A stretch of DNA of 64,000 nucleotides from an uncultured bacterium (GTDB lineage Bacteria > Babelota > Babeliae > Babelales > Babelaceae). The notes beneath the pieces were generated by a model. That model was given only the letters and a program-made list of their open reading frames with translations. It searched no databases and was not told the DNA's origin. The translations under genes and the position numbers were made by a program. Positions 26,206-35,891 of the stretch are shown in pieces; positions within the stretch are counted from its first letter, which is position 1, and every line of letters begins with the position of its first letter. The stretch spans positions 1,191 to 65,190 of the forward strand of contig CAWKFG010000002.1 in the NCBI GenBank assembly GCA_963848965.1. The letters are read 5' to 3'.

Positions 26206-27562
26206 TTTCCTTGTCGAGCAATAAGCTTATAATGTACTGGTAGCTTTCCTTTTTTGGACCAGTAATACCTGTTTCTCTGATTTGTGCATTAGCAATTGCC
26301 AATGCTGTCATGCCATCTACATTCTGGATATCAATGTCTGGGCTTAAGCTTCTAGGAATATATATTACAAAACGCTTATCATTAATAACAGTAGCTCCTC
26401 TAATAAGCTCTTCTGCTATCTTTGCATAACCCTTTTTTGCAGCCCACATTAGAGCAGTCATACCATTCTTATCTTGGATATCGATTTCGGCTCCTTTATC
26501 TAGAAGATATTCTACTCCATCGTAACAGTTATTTTTTACAGCATTTATTAAGGCAGTATTTCCTTCTTTATCTTGAATATTAACATCTGCTCCGGCTTTT
26601 ATAAGAAGTTTTACCCAACTTTTATTACAATCACGATTTTTTACGGCAAGTATTAAGGCAGTCTTTCCTTTTTTATCTTGAATATTAACACCTGCTCCTG
26701 CTTTTATAAGAAGTTTTACTAAACTTTTATTGTAATTACCTTTCATAGCATTCATTAAAGCAGTATAACCATCTTTATTTTTAATATTAACATTAGCACC
26801 ATGTGTTATAAGTAATTTTCCTATTTCTGCCAGGTCATTCTGAGTTCCTACGTCTAGTTGATCATTCCCTGCAGCCTCTATTAAAGCGGTATCGCCCAAT
26901 TCATCTTGTGAATCAATATCTGAGCCTGCACTAAGGAGTATTTCTACTATGTCTTTATGCCCGATAATAACAGCCTCCATCAAAGCAGTACAACCATCAA
27001 TATCTCGAGCATTAACATTAATACCCATAGATAAAAATTCTTTTACAACCTTTATAGTTCCCATAGTAGCTGCCCATATAAAATCTAGCTGCCTTAACCA
27101 TTCTAAAGCACCAGGCGTATTTATTTCTTTTGCTATATCTTTTGCCATGCTTGAATAGAAAGACCTCTTAGATTCTTTACAGCATTTCCTATCTAATTCA
27201 CTTATAAGAATTCTATTAAAATCAGGGTTATTAAAAAGAAATTGTAAGTCTTTATCTTTAGATAATTCTTTTACTGTAACTAAGGCATTATTATAGTCTG
27301 CGCAGTTTATAAGCTCTAATTGTTGCTGAAGACTATTAAGAGCTTCAATAAAAGAAGATGAGCTTGAACGCTCTGATACTTCCTTCATTCTTTGCACTAG
27401 TTCAACCAATTCATTAACATCTTTAAATTCAGTAGAAAATCTATCAATTTCCTGCCTCAATTCTTGCGGTAAAATATCTAAATAACTTTCTTGTTTTTGT
27501 GCCACTTGCATAGCAAGTGTATAACTAGATAATCCTAATGCCATAATGATTATTTTTTTCAT
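26195..27562 (-). CDS. secreted ankyrin-repeat protein with an F-box-like LPxEL motif
   Basis: 455 aa with a signal peptide, LDILPQELRQEIDRF, and at least 7 ANK repeats (G.TAL..A...G......LL..GA..N..D). Confidence 0.9.
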   Translation of the reverse strand: MKKIIIMALGLSSYTLAMQVAQKQESYLDILPQELRQEIDRFSTEFKDVNELVELVQRMKEVSERSSSSSFIEALNSLQQQLELINCADYNNALVTVKELSKDKDLQFLFNNPDFNRILISELDRKCCKESKRSFYSSMAKDIAKEINTPGALEWLRQLDFIWAATMGTIKVVKEFLSMGINVNARDIDGCTALMEAVIIGHKDIVEILLSAGSDIDSQDELGDTALIEAAGNDQLDVGTQNDLAEIGKLLITHGANVNIKNKDGYTALMNAMKGNYNKSLVKLLIKAGAGVNIQDKKGKTALILAVKNRDCNKSWVKLLIKAGADVNIQDKEGNTALINAVKNNCYDGVEYLLDKGAEIDIQDKNGMTALMWAAKKGYAKIAEELIRGATVINDKRFVIYIPRSLSPDIDIQNVDGMTALAIANAQIRETGITGPKKESYQYIISLLLDKEKKE

Positions 27563-27790
27563 AATAGTATCCTTATTTTATACTTTTTTAATTTTATTAA
27601 CAATGTATACTTGTTTTCAAAAAATGCAATAGAGAAACTTGTCTAAGCAGGGCAATCGCATTAAAAAAATCTGCAAAAGTATACTACTCATGAAATAAAA
27701 ACCCTTTAGTCATGAGGAGTTAAAAAGAGAGACAGTGCTCAGAATGTGGCTCTAATTCGATCTTTATGCTTAAACTCATCTTATTTGCTA

Positions 27791-29122
27791 TCATCTTAGA
27801 GGACGCTTTTCTGCTTTTCTAACAATTCTTGTAAAAGTAGAAATAGACGGCTCTTGTAGCTTTACTACAGTATCCATAGTAACCATCTCTTTTACCAGAG
27901 GCTTTATAGTCTCATTAAAGTACACACACTTGAAATTCATCATTCTATTTTTTATGTTCTCTCGGTACTCTTTATTCTCAAGATACTTCTTAAGCACTGT
28001 AGGAACTTCCTTAAAGTTGGTAATAACATCACCAAAGCCATTGCGTTTAACAAAGTCTATATTAAGTCCTTCCCACCAAAGTGTACCACTTGTTTGATCT
28101 ACGACTATAGGTAAATGAGAAACAATTGCTTCAGATATTGAACCTGGACCAGGTTTTGTAATAAGCACATCTGAAACTGCCATTAAATCTGCTATACGAT
28201 CAGTAAATCCTAAAATTGTAGTAGTAATATGAGGTGGTAACATAATCTTACTAATGTTCTTTTTGAGTGATTCGTTTCTTCCTAAACATACAATAAGATG
28301 CATAGGCGTATCCATCTTTGCAAGAGCTCGAACATAGCGATAATTTGCAAGCGAACCAGCTCCTCCCATAAGCACCATAACGATCGGTTTATTATCTGGT
28401 AATGTAAAGTCCTTTTTAATACGTTTTCTGTTTTTCTTTACAAAAAATTCTGGCCTCAATGGAAATCCTACAACACGAACTTGATGAGCAGGAATATTTG
28501 CAGGTACTATTTTCTCTCGAATAACTTTGTCATCAAACGTTAAGGTATAACAAAATTTAGAATATTTAGGATCTTTAATACCATTAATATAGTTTGTACT
28601 ATCAAGATCGTTTGTAATTATAAGAAACGGCACATTAAGCTTTTGTGCTACATTTAAAAGAGCACCATCAAGCATTGGTATAACCGAAATAATAAGATCC
28701 GGCTTCTCATATTTAAAAAACTCTAAGATTAACCATTCTATAGTACTTTGGCGTAAATTTACTCCCCACCTTCCTACAACAACAAAGTTGTTAGCAATTG
28801 TTGTCCATCTACATTGTAAACAAAAGTTATAAAAATCTTCCCCTGCCATTTTGCCAAAACTGAGTGTACGCAGTGTATCAAATGGCCCAATAACGTCTTG
28901 AAAGATATTCAATGTAGTAACATCATAGTCATCTTTTAAATATTCATTAAGCCCTTTAGCTACTGCTATATGTCCTCCGCCTCCCTTACACATAAAAACA
29001 ACAATTCTTTTCTTTACAGGAGCTATAGTACAAACACGAGGACGACGCATATTACGAGGAACAGAAATTATATATGAAGTAGTCCCTACCAACAAACACA
29101 AAATAAAATTTTTTATACTCAT
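27791..29122 (-). CDS. MGDG-synthase/UgtP-like diacylglycerol glycosyltransferase (GT28)
   Basis: CKGGGGHIAVAKGLNEYL (the GGGH motif of the MGDG_synth domain) and LITKPGPGSISEA (GT28 C-terminal domain). It has an N-terminal hydrophobic anchor. Confidence 0.65.
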   Translation of the reverse strand: MSIKNFILCLLVGTTSYIISVPRNMRRPRVCTIAPVKKRIVVFMCKGGGGHIAVAKGLNEYLKDDYDVTTLNIFQDVIGPFDTLRTLSFGKMAGEDFYNFCLQCRWTTIANNFVVVGRWGVNLRQSTIEWLILEFFKYEKPDLIISVIPMLDGALLNVAQKLNVPFLIITNDLDSTNYINGIKDPKYSKFCYTLTFDDKVIREKIVPANIPAHQVRVVGFPLRPEFFVKKNRKRIKKDFTLPDNKPIVMVLMGGAGSLANYRYVRALAKMDTPMHLIVCLGRNESLKKNISKIMLPPHITTTILGFTDRIADLMAVSDVLITKPGPGSISEAIVSHLPIVVDQTSGTLWWEGLNIDFVKRNGFGDVITNFKEVPTVLKKYLENKEYRENIKNRMMNFKCVYFNETIKPLVKEMVTMDTVVKLQEPSISTFTRIVRKAEKRPLR

Positions 29123-29348
29123 ACTTATTGTTAATTCTAGAAGAAGTACTTAAAGATAAGGTTATCCAATTTTACTATACACTTTTTTTCAAGTTTTCCT
29201 ATCTTAGTATACTTCAACCACAGAAAAAATAAAAAAGGAGCATCTCTTTCGTAGAAATGATCTCTCATGCTTACAAAATATACCTACGTACCATGTACAA
29301 ATGTGAGCGTTACTTACAGAAAAAGAGATAAAAATGCTCTAAGCACTA

Positions 29349-30377
29349 CTAACAAACTACCCAGAATTCAAACAGATAGATAAACACACTGATAACAAAT
29401 ACTTGTAGACCTATGCTCAAAAACTTTTTGTGCCTTACTGTTAAATAAGGTCCCAAAACATTCATAAAAAACATGAACGTTGATGTTCCTAAAAATAAAA
29501 AGAAAAAATAATCTGCTAATGTTGAATATCCTACTTTAGGTACAATCGTTTCAATAACAAAGCGATATGCCAAAAGACCTGTAATGTTGGTCGTAGAAAG
29601 CTGAATAAGCGTCGATTGATTTTCTTTATGATCCAAACACAAAGAAAAGAGCTCTATAAAAAATATTATAAGTAAGGGAAGAATAATCATAATGATATAG
29701 CGAACACTATAATGGTAGTAATCCATCTCAAAAAGTACCTGAGGAAATTGTAAATCTTTCACATCTTTACCCATATGCAAAGTCCCATATCCTGCTACTA
29801 CACTTTTATCTTGAAACTGCCATCCAGAAACAAAAGCTTCATCCGAAATTATAAAATCTTGTTCAGATACTTCAAAGATAATTTCATGAGGTGAAACCGA
29901 AATATTAGCAAGAGAAAGAAAAATGCGGTGATCTTCAAAAGGAAAATACCCATAATATAAATTTGTTTTAAACGAAATACGTATTGTATAACGAGCTATA
30001 ACATGGTCGCCTACTAAATAGGTAGAAGGCTCGCCTTTTTCTTCAATATCACCTTTTATAAAAATAAACTTGCTTATAGTATCAAGGGTAATAAGGCTTG
30101 GATCGAACTTAAACCATACTACACCAGACACTTTAAACTTGTTATTAATGGTATCAAATTCAATAAAGTTATAAATGGAAAAACCAACTTGAACTTTAAC
30201 AGATGCAGAACCAAACTTACTAAGCTCAGCGGGAGTCATAAGCGTTATAGATGGCTGTCTATCAAGAGAGCAGAAACGATGAAATAAAGAAAATACCAAA
30301 AAAACAATAATACAGGCAGTGATGCTTATAGTTACTGCTTGAAAGCGGGGACTTAATTCATTAACTTCTGCTGACAT
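29349..30377 (-). CDS. pentameric ligand-gated ion channel (Cys-loop receptor) family homologue
   Basis: The N-terminal beta-rich domain has W.D-like FKFDPSL and YFPFEDHRIF (compare YPFD.Q). It then has an M1 with a Pro (RYIIMIILPLLIIFF), an M2-M3 region (LIQLSTTNITGLLAYRFVIETIVPKVGYSTLADYFFF) and a terminal M4. Confidence 0.55.
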   Translation of the reverse strand: MSAEVNELSPRFQAVTISITACIIVFLVFSLFHRFCSLDRQPSITLMTPAELSKFGSASVKVQVGFSIYNFIEFDTINNKFKVSGVVWFKFDPSLITLDTISKFIFIKGDIEEKGEPSTYLVGDHVIARYTIRISFKTNLYYGYFPFEDHRIFLSLANISVSPHEIIFEVSEQDFIISDEAFVSGWQFQDKSVVAGYGTLHMGKDVKDLQFPQVLFEMDYYHYSVRYIIMIILPLLIIFFIELFSLCLDHKENQSTLIQLSTTNITGLLAYRFVIETIVPKVGYSTLADYFFFLFLGTSTFMFFMNVLGPYLTVRHKKFLSIGLQVFVISVFIYLFEFWVVC

Positions 30378-30388
30378 AAAAGAGCTCC

Positions 30389-31735
30389 CTAAAAGATATA
30401 ATAAAGAGCTGCCAATATTCGTACGTTGTTAACAGGATCTGTATTTCTTACTCGACCGCAACTATCTGGTGTTCCATAAGCAGCTCGAGCGAATTCTATT
30501 TCTAATCCAAAACGTATAGGATCCTTTCTAAATACATAACGTGGAAATACTTGTAATGAATAATCTATTTTTTCAGATACATTACCAAGCGTAAAGGCAA
30601 TTGGTTGTCCGGTTGTTGGATCAAGAAACAATCTATGCCGTGTACCAAGATTCTTAATACCCCCCACAAAAAGACCAAGCTCCATGCTATCACAACAGAA
30701 TATATAAGACATATCAATCCAGCCACCTGCTACATTAATATTCGTATACGTACGAAAATCAGTAACAGGATCAATAGTACTTACTGCATAGCCACCAAGT
30801 ACAAGCTGGTCAGCTGCATTTTGAGCATATAAGCCTTTCATTCGAACAGAAAAAGGAGCTCGAGTATATGCAGCAAATGCTTCAAATATAAAGCTATTAA
30901 TATGTTCATCTACTTTTACGTTTTTATCAGTTACAACGCGGGGTACAAGCCGCTTAAAATCCCCTGCAACACCTACAAGATTGTCACCTTCACCAAAATA
31001 TCTGCGAAATTGTAAGTGAAAATTAGGCGTAAGAGAGTTACGTATATAGACAGTATTAGGTCCAATAGGGCCAGGACTTGCAAAATCGCGCTGACTTAAA
31101 GCTGCAAATATTACTTCATAATCATGACCAAATCTTTGAGTAACTCGAAATTGAGGATCTCGTGCTTGAGGCTCTATGCCAGCACCAACAGCAAACGTAA
31201 CTGTATGGGGAAAAGATTCAACAATAAAGAGAGGATGCCAGAATTGACCAAAAATAAATGAGCCTGTAGGCCACTCAACTTTTCCATAAGCATGCCGTAC
31301 CCGAAAAGCGCCAATAGAATCCTCGGTAATTCCTCTAAAATCTGCCTCAATAATACCGCTTGTTTTAATACAGCCCCAGTCAGGACCTGTTATTTTTAAT
31401 CCAACACGAGATTCAATCATAGTTATATGATATGATCCATGTGCATTAATATCGCGGCCAAAGATATCCGGTCTTCGTGGAGCAGGAAAAATCACAATAT
31501 GCTCTTCTCGTGAAGCAATAATGTCGCGAGTATCATAAAAGATTTCACAATTTATATACCCATAAGGAGTAACTCCAACCTTTGCATCCTCAAGTGGACG
31601 CCACATAATTGGTCTTCCTGAAGAAGGTTTACATGAAGAGCTTCCTATAGCAGGTACTTGATCAACCTCTTGGCCATACACATATCCTGCTCCTGCAATA
31701 AGCATGAGCAAATAGTATACTCTTCCCTTCTTCAT
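30389..31735 (-). CDS. outer-membrane beta-barrel (porin-like) protein
   Basis: Signal peptide, alternating hydrophobic pattern, aromatic-rich, with a C-terminal ...ALYYIF ending in Phe. It lies 11 nt upstream of the channel-like gene. Confidence 0.5.
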   Translation of the reverse strand: MKKGRVYYLLMLIAGAGYVYGQEVDQVPAIGSSSCKPSSGRPIMWRPLEDAKVGVTPYGYINCEIFYDTRDIIASREEHIVIFPAPRRPDIFGRDINAHGSYHITMIESRVGLKITGPDWGCIKTSGIIEADFRGITEDSIGAFRVRHAYGKVEWPTGSFIFGQFWHPLFIVESFPHTVTFAVGAGIEPQARDPQFRVTQRFGHDYEVIFAALSQRDFASPGPIGPNTVYIRNSLTPNFHLQFRRYFGEGDNLVGVAGDFKRLVPRVVTDKNVKVDEHINSFIFEAFAAYTRAPFSVRMKGLYAQNAADQLVLGGYAVSTIDPVTDFRTYTNINVAGGWIDMSYIFCCDSMELGLFVGGIKNLGTRHRLFLDPTTGQPIAFTLGNVSEKIDYSLQVFPRYVFRKDPIRFGLEIEFARAAYGTPDSCGRVRNTDPVNNVRILAALYYIF

Positions 31736-31966
31736 TCCTATCCCTTTTTATAATGCTTCTATAAACTGTTTTCGGCAGATTACTATAAAATTACAAGAGA
31801 TGCAACTTGAGACCGGACAATTAAGAAGGCTATTTACAAATCTGCCGGGTTTTTAGGTAATAGACTTGGGTAATTCTTAAGATCTAACTTTAAAGTTGCA
31901 CACGATCCCATCTTCTCGTTTTACTGGGAATGTGCTATTATTAAATTACAAGGATAATTTTTAAGT

Positions 31967-34576
31967 ATGACAGGTAAGGCTATGGATTCACTGAAAGTTC
32001 GACAAAAATTTTTTCACTATTTTACTGAGCGAGGACACACGCAGGTACCAAGCTCTTCACTTATACCTGCACAAGACCCAACGTTGCTTTTTACTAATGC
32101 AGGAATGAATCAATTTAAAGATCTTTTTTTAGGCAAAGAGACACGCAGTTATAAACGAGCTGTCTCTATTCAAAAATGTATTCGTGCTGGCGGAAAGCAT
32201 AATGACCTAGAAAATGTAGGGTTCACCAAACGCCATCTCACATTCTTTGAAATGATGGGCAACTTCTCTTTTGGAGACTATTTTAAGCGCGAAGCAATAC
32301 AGTACGCGTGGGAATTTCTTACCAAAGAGATAGGATTACCTGCAGATAAACTTTATGCAAGTATTTACTATAAAGATGATGAAGCCTATACCATATGGCA
32401 TAAGGAGATTGGTCTACCAGAAAACCGCATCGTACGACTTGGTGAACAAGATAACTTCTGGCAGATGGGTGATACCGGACCATGCGGTCCTTGTTCAGAA
32501 ATTTATATCGATCGCGGTATAGGATATTCGTGTGAAGGAAAAGAATGTGCACCTGGCTGTTCTTGTGATAGATTCTTAGAGATCTGGAATCTCGTATTTA
32601 TGCAATATGATAGACAATCAGATGGTACTGATAAACCTCTCAAGCAAACGGGTGTTGATACTGGTATGGGTCTTGAACGGCTGTGTGCTATCATACAAGA
32701 GAAAGATTCCGTCTACGATACTGATCTTTTTGCTCCACTTATACAAGCAGTTGAGCAGCTTACGGGCATCATCTATTGCTCTGCATCTGGTGAAATACAA
32801 GCTGCATTTCGAGTTCTTGCAGATCATATTCGTTCATCTGCTTTTGCTATTGCCGATGGCTGTACCCCTTCAAATGAAGGACGCGGCTATGTGCTCAGAA
32901 AGATTATAAGAAGAGCTGCGCTCTTTGCTCAAAAACTTCATAAAAAGAATATATTTCCTGATTTAGCACCAGCTCTCATTAAAGCAATGAGCCCTCTATA
33001 CCCCGAGCTTCAAACACATGCGATGGTGATTTCTTCTATTCTTAAAAGTGAAGTAGAAAAATTCTCTGCAAACCTTATTAATGGACAACAGATTCTTGCA
33101 AAATATTTTGAAGAAAATCACACATCAAAAACGATAGCAGGAGCTCAGGCATTTAAACTTTATGATACGTATGGTTTTCCTCTTGAACTCACAAAAGTTA
33201 TTGCCTATGAGCATGGGTTTACCGTTGATACAGAGGGATTTGAAGATCTTATGGAACAGCAACGGATACAATCTGGTAAAAAGCAAGCACAAGAAGAATG
33301 CTCTCTTGACGAGTCCGTATATACACACTTTACGGGATACGATGAACATGTTACACAGACTGTTATCACTGCACTTCTTGTCAATAATAAGCCTATCGAT
33401 AAAGTGGAACCTGGTACGCTTGTCTCTGTTGTCACAGAAAAGTCTCCCTTCTATGTTGAATGTGGTGGACAAATAAGTGACCAAGGATTTATAAAAGTTC
33501 ATGATAAAGAAGCAAAACTCTTAGGCCTTAAAAAGATTCATAAAGCAATTGCAGCTGACATTGAAGCACCAAGCACATTGCATGTAGGTGATACCGCTAC
33601 GTTAGTAGTTGACAGTCCTAGCCGTATCAATACTATGAAAAACCACACAGCAACACACCTATTACAGGCTGCTTTAATTGCTATTGTTGGCAAAGGAGTA
33701 AAGCAATCAGGATCTGTTGTTACACCTGATTATCTACGATTTGACTTTACATACCATGAAAATTTAACCCCTGAGCAAATAACCTCTATTGAGAACCTTG
33801 TTAATGATAAAATAATGCACAATATCCCAGTGCGAGTAACAGAGACAACGCTCAAAGACGCTCAAGAGCGTGGTGTTATCGCATTCTTTGGTGAAAAGTA
33901 TAATCCTGAAAAAGTTCGTGTCGTTGAAGTTCCTAGTTTTTCAGCAGAGCTTTGCGGTGGTACCCATGTACGAGCTACCGGTGATATAGGTGCTTTTAAA
34001 ATTACCGAGGTATCTTCTCTTTCAGCAGGTAACAGAAGAATTGTTGCACTTACAGGACCTGGTGCTCTTGCACTGTTCCAGCAAACATTCAGTTTAGCCA
34101 AAAGCCTTAGTCAAGAATTTAAAGTACCTCTTGAGAGCGTGGCTGACGCTGTACAAAAACAGAAAGAGCAGCTAAAATCTGCAAAAACCTATGCAAGAGA
34201 TCTTAAAAAGCAACTGTATAAACTTCAAATGCCTGAGTGGGCTACCAAAATTCAAAACTTTGGCTCAGTTCCCTTTCTTTATCTAGCAATTAAAGATGCA
34301 TCTGCAGAAGATCTTAAAGAGATTGCACAAGAATTTATGCGAGTACAACCGGGACTCTATTTCTTAGTTGGCCAAGAAGGAGCACGAGTACATTATTTTG
34401 CATCGCTTGCTCCGCAGCTTGCACAAAAAGTAAATCTTCAAGCATTTAATACCTGGCTCAAAGAGCATGGTCTACGAGGAGGAGTAAGCGGAACAACTCT
34501 TCAGGGAGGTGCACCCACTTTAGATCTTGATCTTGAATATGGTATTAAAAAATGGTTACATGATCATATACAATAA
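31967..34576 (+). CDS. alaS: alanine--tRNA ligase
   Basis: 869 aa. FTNAGMNQFKD, the class II core, the HxxxH editing/second-domain motif (HTATHLL), and CGGTHV. An alternative ATG at 31982 (MDSLKVRQKF) is possible. Confidence 0.95.
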   Translation: MTGKAMDSLKVRQKFFHYFTERGHTQVPSSSLIPAQDPTLLFTNAGMNQFKDLFLGKETRSYKRAVSIQKCIRAGGKHNDLENVGFTKRHLTFFEMMGNFSFGDYFKREAIQYAWEFLTKEIGLPADKLYASIYYKDDEAYTIWHKEIGLPENRIVRLGEQDNFWQMGDTGPCGPCSEIYIDRGIGYSCEGKECAPGCSCDRFLEIWNLVFMQYDRQSDGTDKPLKQTGVDTGMGLERLCAIIQEKDSVYDTDLFAPLIQAVEQLTGIIYCSASGEIQAAFRVLADHIRSSAFAIADGCTPSNEGRGYVLRKIIRRAALFAQKLHKKNIFPDLAPALIKAMSPLYPELQTHAMVISSILKSEVEKFSANLINGQQILAKYFEENHTSKTIAGAQAFKLYDTYGFPLELTKVIAYEHGFTVDTEGFEDLMEQQRIQSGKKQAQEECSLDESVYTHFTGYDEHVTQTVITALLVNNKPIDKVEPGTLVSVVTEKSPFYVECGGQISDQGFIKVHDKEAKLLGLKKIHKAIAADIEAPSTLHVGDTATLVVDSPSRINTMKNHTATHLLQAALIAIVGKGVKQSGSVVTPDYLRFDFTYHENLTPEQITSIENLVNDKIMHNIPVRVTETTLKDAQERGVIAFFGEKYNPEKVRVVEVPSFSAELCGGTHVRATGDIGAFKITEVSSLSAGNRRIVALTGPGALALFQQTFSLAKSLSQEFKVPLESVADAVQKQKEQLKSAKTYARDLKKQLYKLQMPEWATKIQNFGSVPFLYLAIKDASAEDLKEIAQEFMRVQPGLYFLVGQEGARVHYFASLAPQLAQKVNLQAFNTWLKEHGLRGGVSGTTLQGGAPTLDLDLEYGIKKWLHDHIQ

Positions 34577-34580
34577 AAAT

Positions 34581-34601
34581 AAGGCCGTTTTATGCGGCCT
34601 T
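34581..34601. terminator. hairpin between the convergent alaS and pth genes
   Basis: AAGGCCG-TTTTATG-CGGCCTT, preceded by AAAAAT. Confidence 0.45.
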
Positions 34602-34612
34602 AGAGAACACTG

Positions 34613-35146
34613 TTACTCATACAGTTTTTCGATCATATCAGCTGCAGTCTCTATAAGACGCTCTACTTCCTCTGGCCGTTCTTTAAAGTTTTGAAGTACA
34701 TACTGAGGAACTTCTTCTTTAACTGCCGGACGGCCTATACCAAACCTTAGGCGTGTAAATTGATCTGAGAGATAAGAGATAAGTGATTTAAGGCCATTAT
34801 GTCCTCGGGCACTTCCTCCTTTGCGCAAAGCCATTTTACCAAAAGGAAATTCCAGTTCGTCATGCACTACTAAAATATTATCCGCACGTATACCAGTCTT
34901 TGCAAAATAGGGAATCACTGCTCCTGAATTATTCATAAATGTCTGCGGCTTTACCAAAGTAATAGAAACAGTTCCAATCTGTATCTGAGCGAGCTCCATT
35001 TTATCTTTAGAGCGCCATTGGCCACCAAAACGCTGTGCAAGAGCATCTACAACAAGAAAGCCAATATTATGTCTTGTAAACTTATAAGCAGGCCCTGGGT
35101 TACCAAGGCCTATAATAACTTTAGGAGGTGTAATAGGTGTTTCCAT
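34613..35146 (-). CDS. pth: peptidyl-tRNA hydrolase
   Basis: IIGLGNPGPAYKFTRHNIGF...GHNGLKS are the canonical Pth motifs. Confidence 0.95.
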   Translation of the reverse strand: METPITPPKVIIGLGNPGPAYKFTRHNIGFLVVDALAQRFGGQWRSKDKMELAQIQIGTVSITLVKPQTFMNNSGAVIPYFAKTGIRADNILVVHDELEFPFGKMALRKGGSARGHNGLKSLISYLSDQFTRLRFGIGRPAVKEEVPQYVLQNFKERPEEVERLIETAADMIEKLYE

Positions 35147-35157
35147 ACATTTATACT

Positions 35158-35184
35158 AAAAATGGCTGGAAAGTTCCAGCCATT
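35158..35184 (-). terminator. rho-independent terminator after the skp-like gene
   Basis: Perfect 11-bp stem AATGGCTGGAA-CT-TTCCAGCCATT followed by TTT on the minus strand, 6 nt after the stop codon. Confidence 0.7.
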
Positions 35185-35190
35185 ATTCTT

Positions 35191-35820
35191 TTATACAGTC
35201 TTAGTTTTCTTTACAGGCTCTTTTTCTTTTTCTTTTGCTTTCTTAGCTTTTTCTTCTATATAGCCTTTGTTAAGAGCTGTAAGCACATCATCTGTGATAT
35301 CAAATTGGTCAGCTCCTGCAAGAACTGCTTCTCCACGCAATACAAGGTCCCACCCTTGAGCAATTCGGATATCGTTAATAACTTTATCGAGCTTAGGGCC
35401 AACCTGCCCTTGGGCTTTTTTAACTTCATTCTGTGCGTATGATTCAATCTCTTGCATACGCATGCTCAGTTCATACTCAACACGAGCTACTTCTTCGTAT
35501 TTACGCTTAAGAGCTTCTTGTGAAACTGCCCCACTTGATTGTAATCCTTGAAAATCTTTTTTACCTTTTTCATATTTATCACGAAGATCTGCTATCTCTT
35601 TTTGTGCAGGCTCAAGAATTTCTTGTATCTTGCCATAGAGATCACGCCACTCTGCTGATACTTGACCAAGCGCTTGTGGATCGAGAGAGATAATTTTTTG
35701 AATATTTACGAATGCAATCTTAGGAGCTGTTGCTACACGAGCTACTTTTGGAACTGCCTGCGAATTGCTAAAAAAACCAAGAACTGCCATAATACTTAAT
35801 CCTAAAAATAAACGAGTCAT
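35191..35820 (-). CDS. OmpH/Skp-like periplasmic chaperone
   Basis: ATG at 35820 follows GAAAGG, then a signal peptide (MTRLFLGLSIMAVLGFFSNSQA). KIAFVNIQKII, a long coiled-coil and a lysine-rich tail fit OmpH family features. Confidence 0.6.
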   Translation of the reverse strand: MTRLFLGLSIMAVLGFFSNSQAVPKVARVATAPKIAFVNIQKIISLDPQALGQVSAEWRDLYGKIQEILEPAQKEIADLRDKYEKGKKDFQGLQSSGAVSQEALKRKYEEVARVEYELSMRMQEIESYAQNEVKKAQGQVGPKLDKVINDIRIAQGWDLVLRGEAVLAGADQFDITDDVLTALNKGYIEEKAKKAKEKEKEPVKKTKTV

Positions 35821-35891
35821 ACTAAACCTTTCTCTAAATAACACGGTGCATAGAAACCCTGTCAAAAGAGTAACGCTTTTAAAATAATTCG

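Noticed and set aside
32319-34101. Multiple 60-125-aa ORFs on both strands inside alaS. Similar sets occur inside glyA (22734..23798), deaD (10807..12213), the P-type ATPase (36280..38539), rho, thyX, ugd and others.
   Set aside because: They lie wholly within, and out of frame or antisense to, long ORFs with unambiguous conserved motifs. They show no independent signals.
35018-35447. ORFs 35018..35263, 35137..35442 and 35256..35447.
   Set aside because: They overlap pth, the skp terminator and the skp-like gene, and have a low-complexity (F/L/S-rich) composition typical of antisense AT-rich translation.
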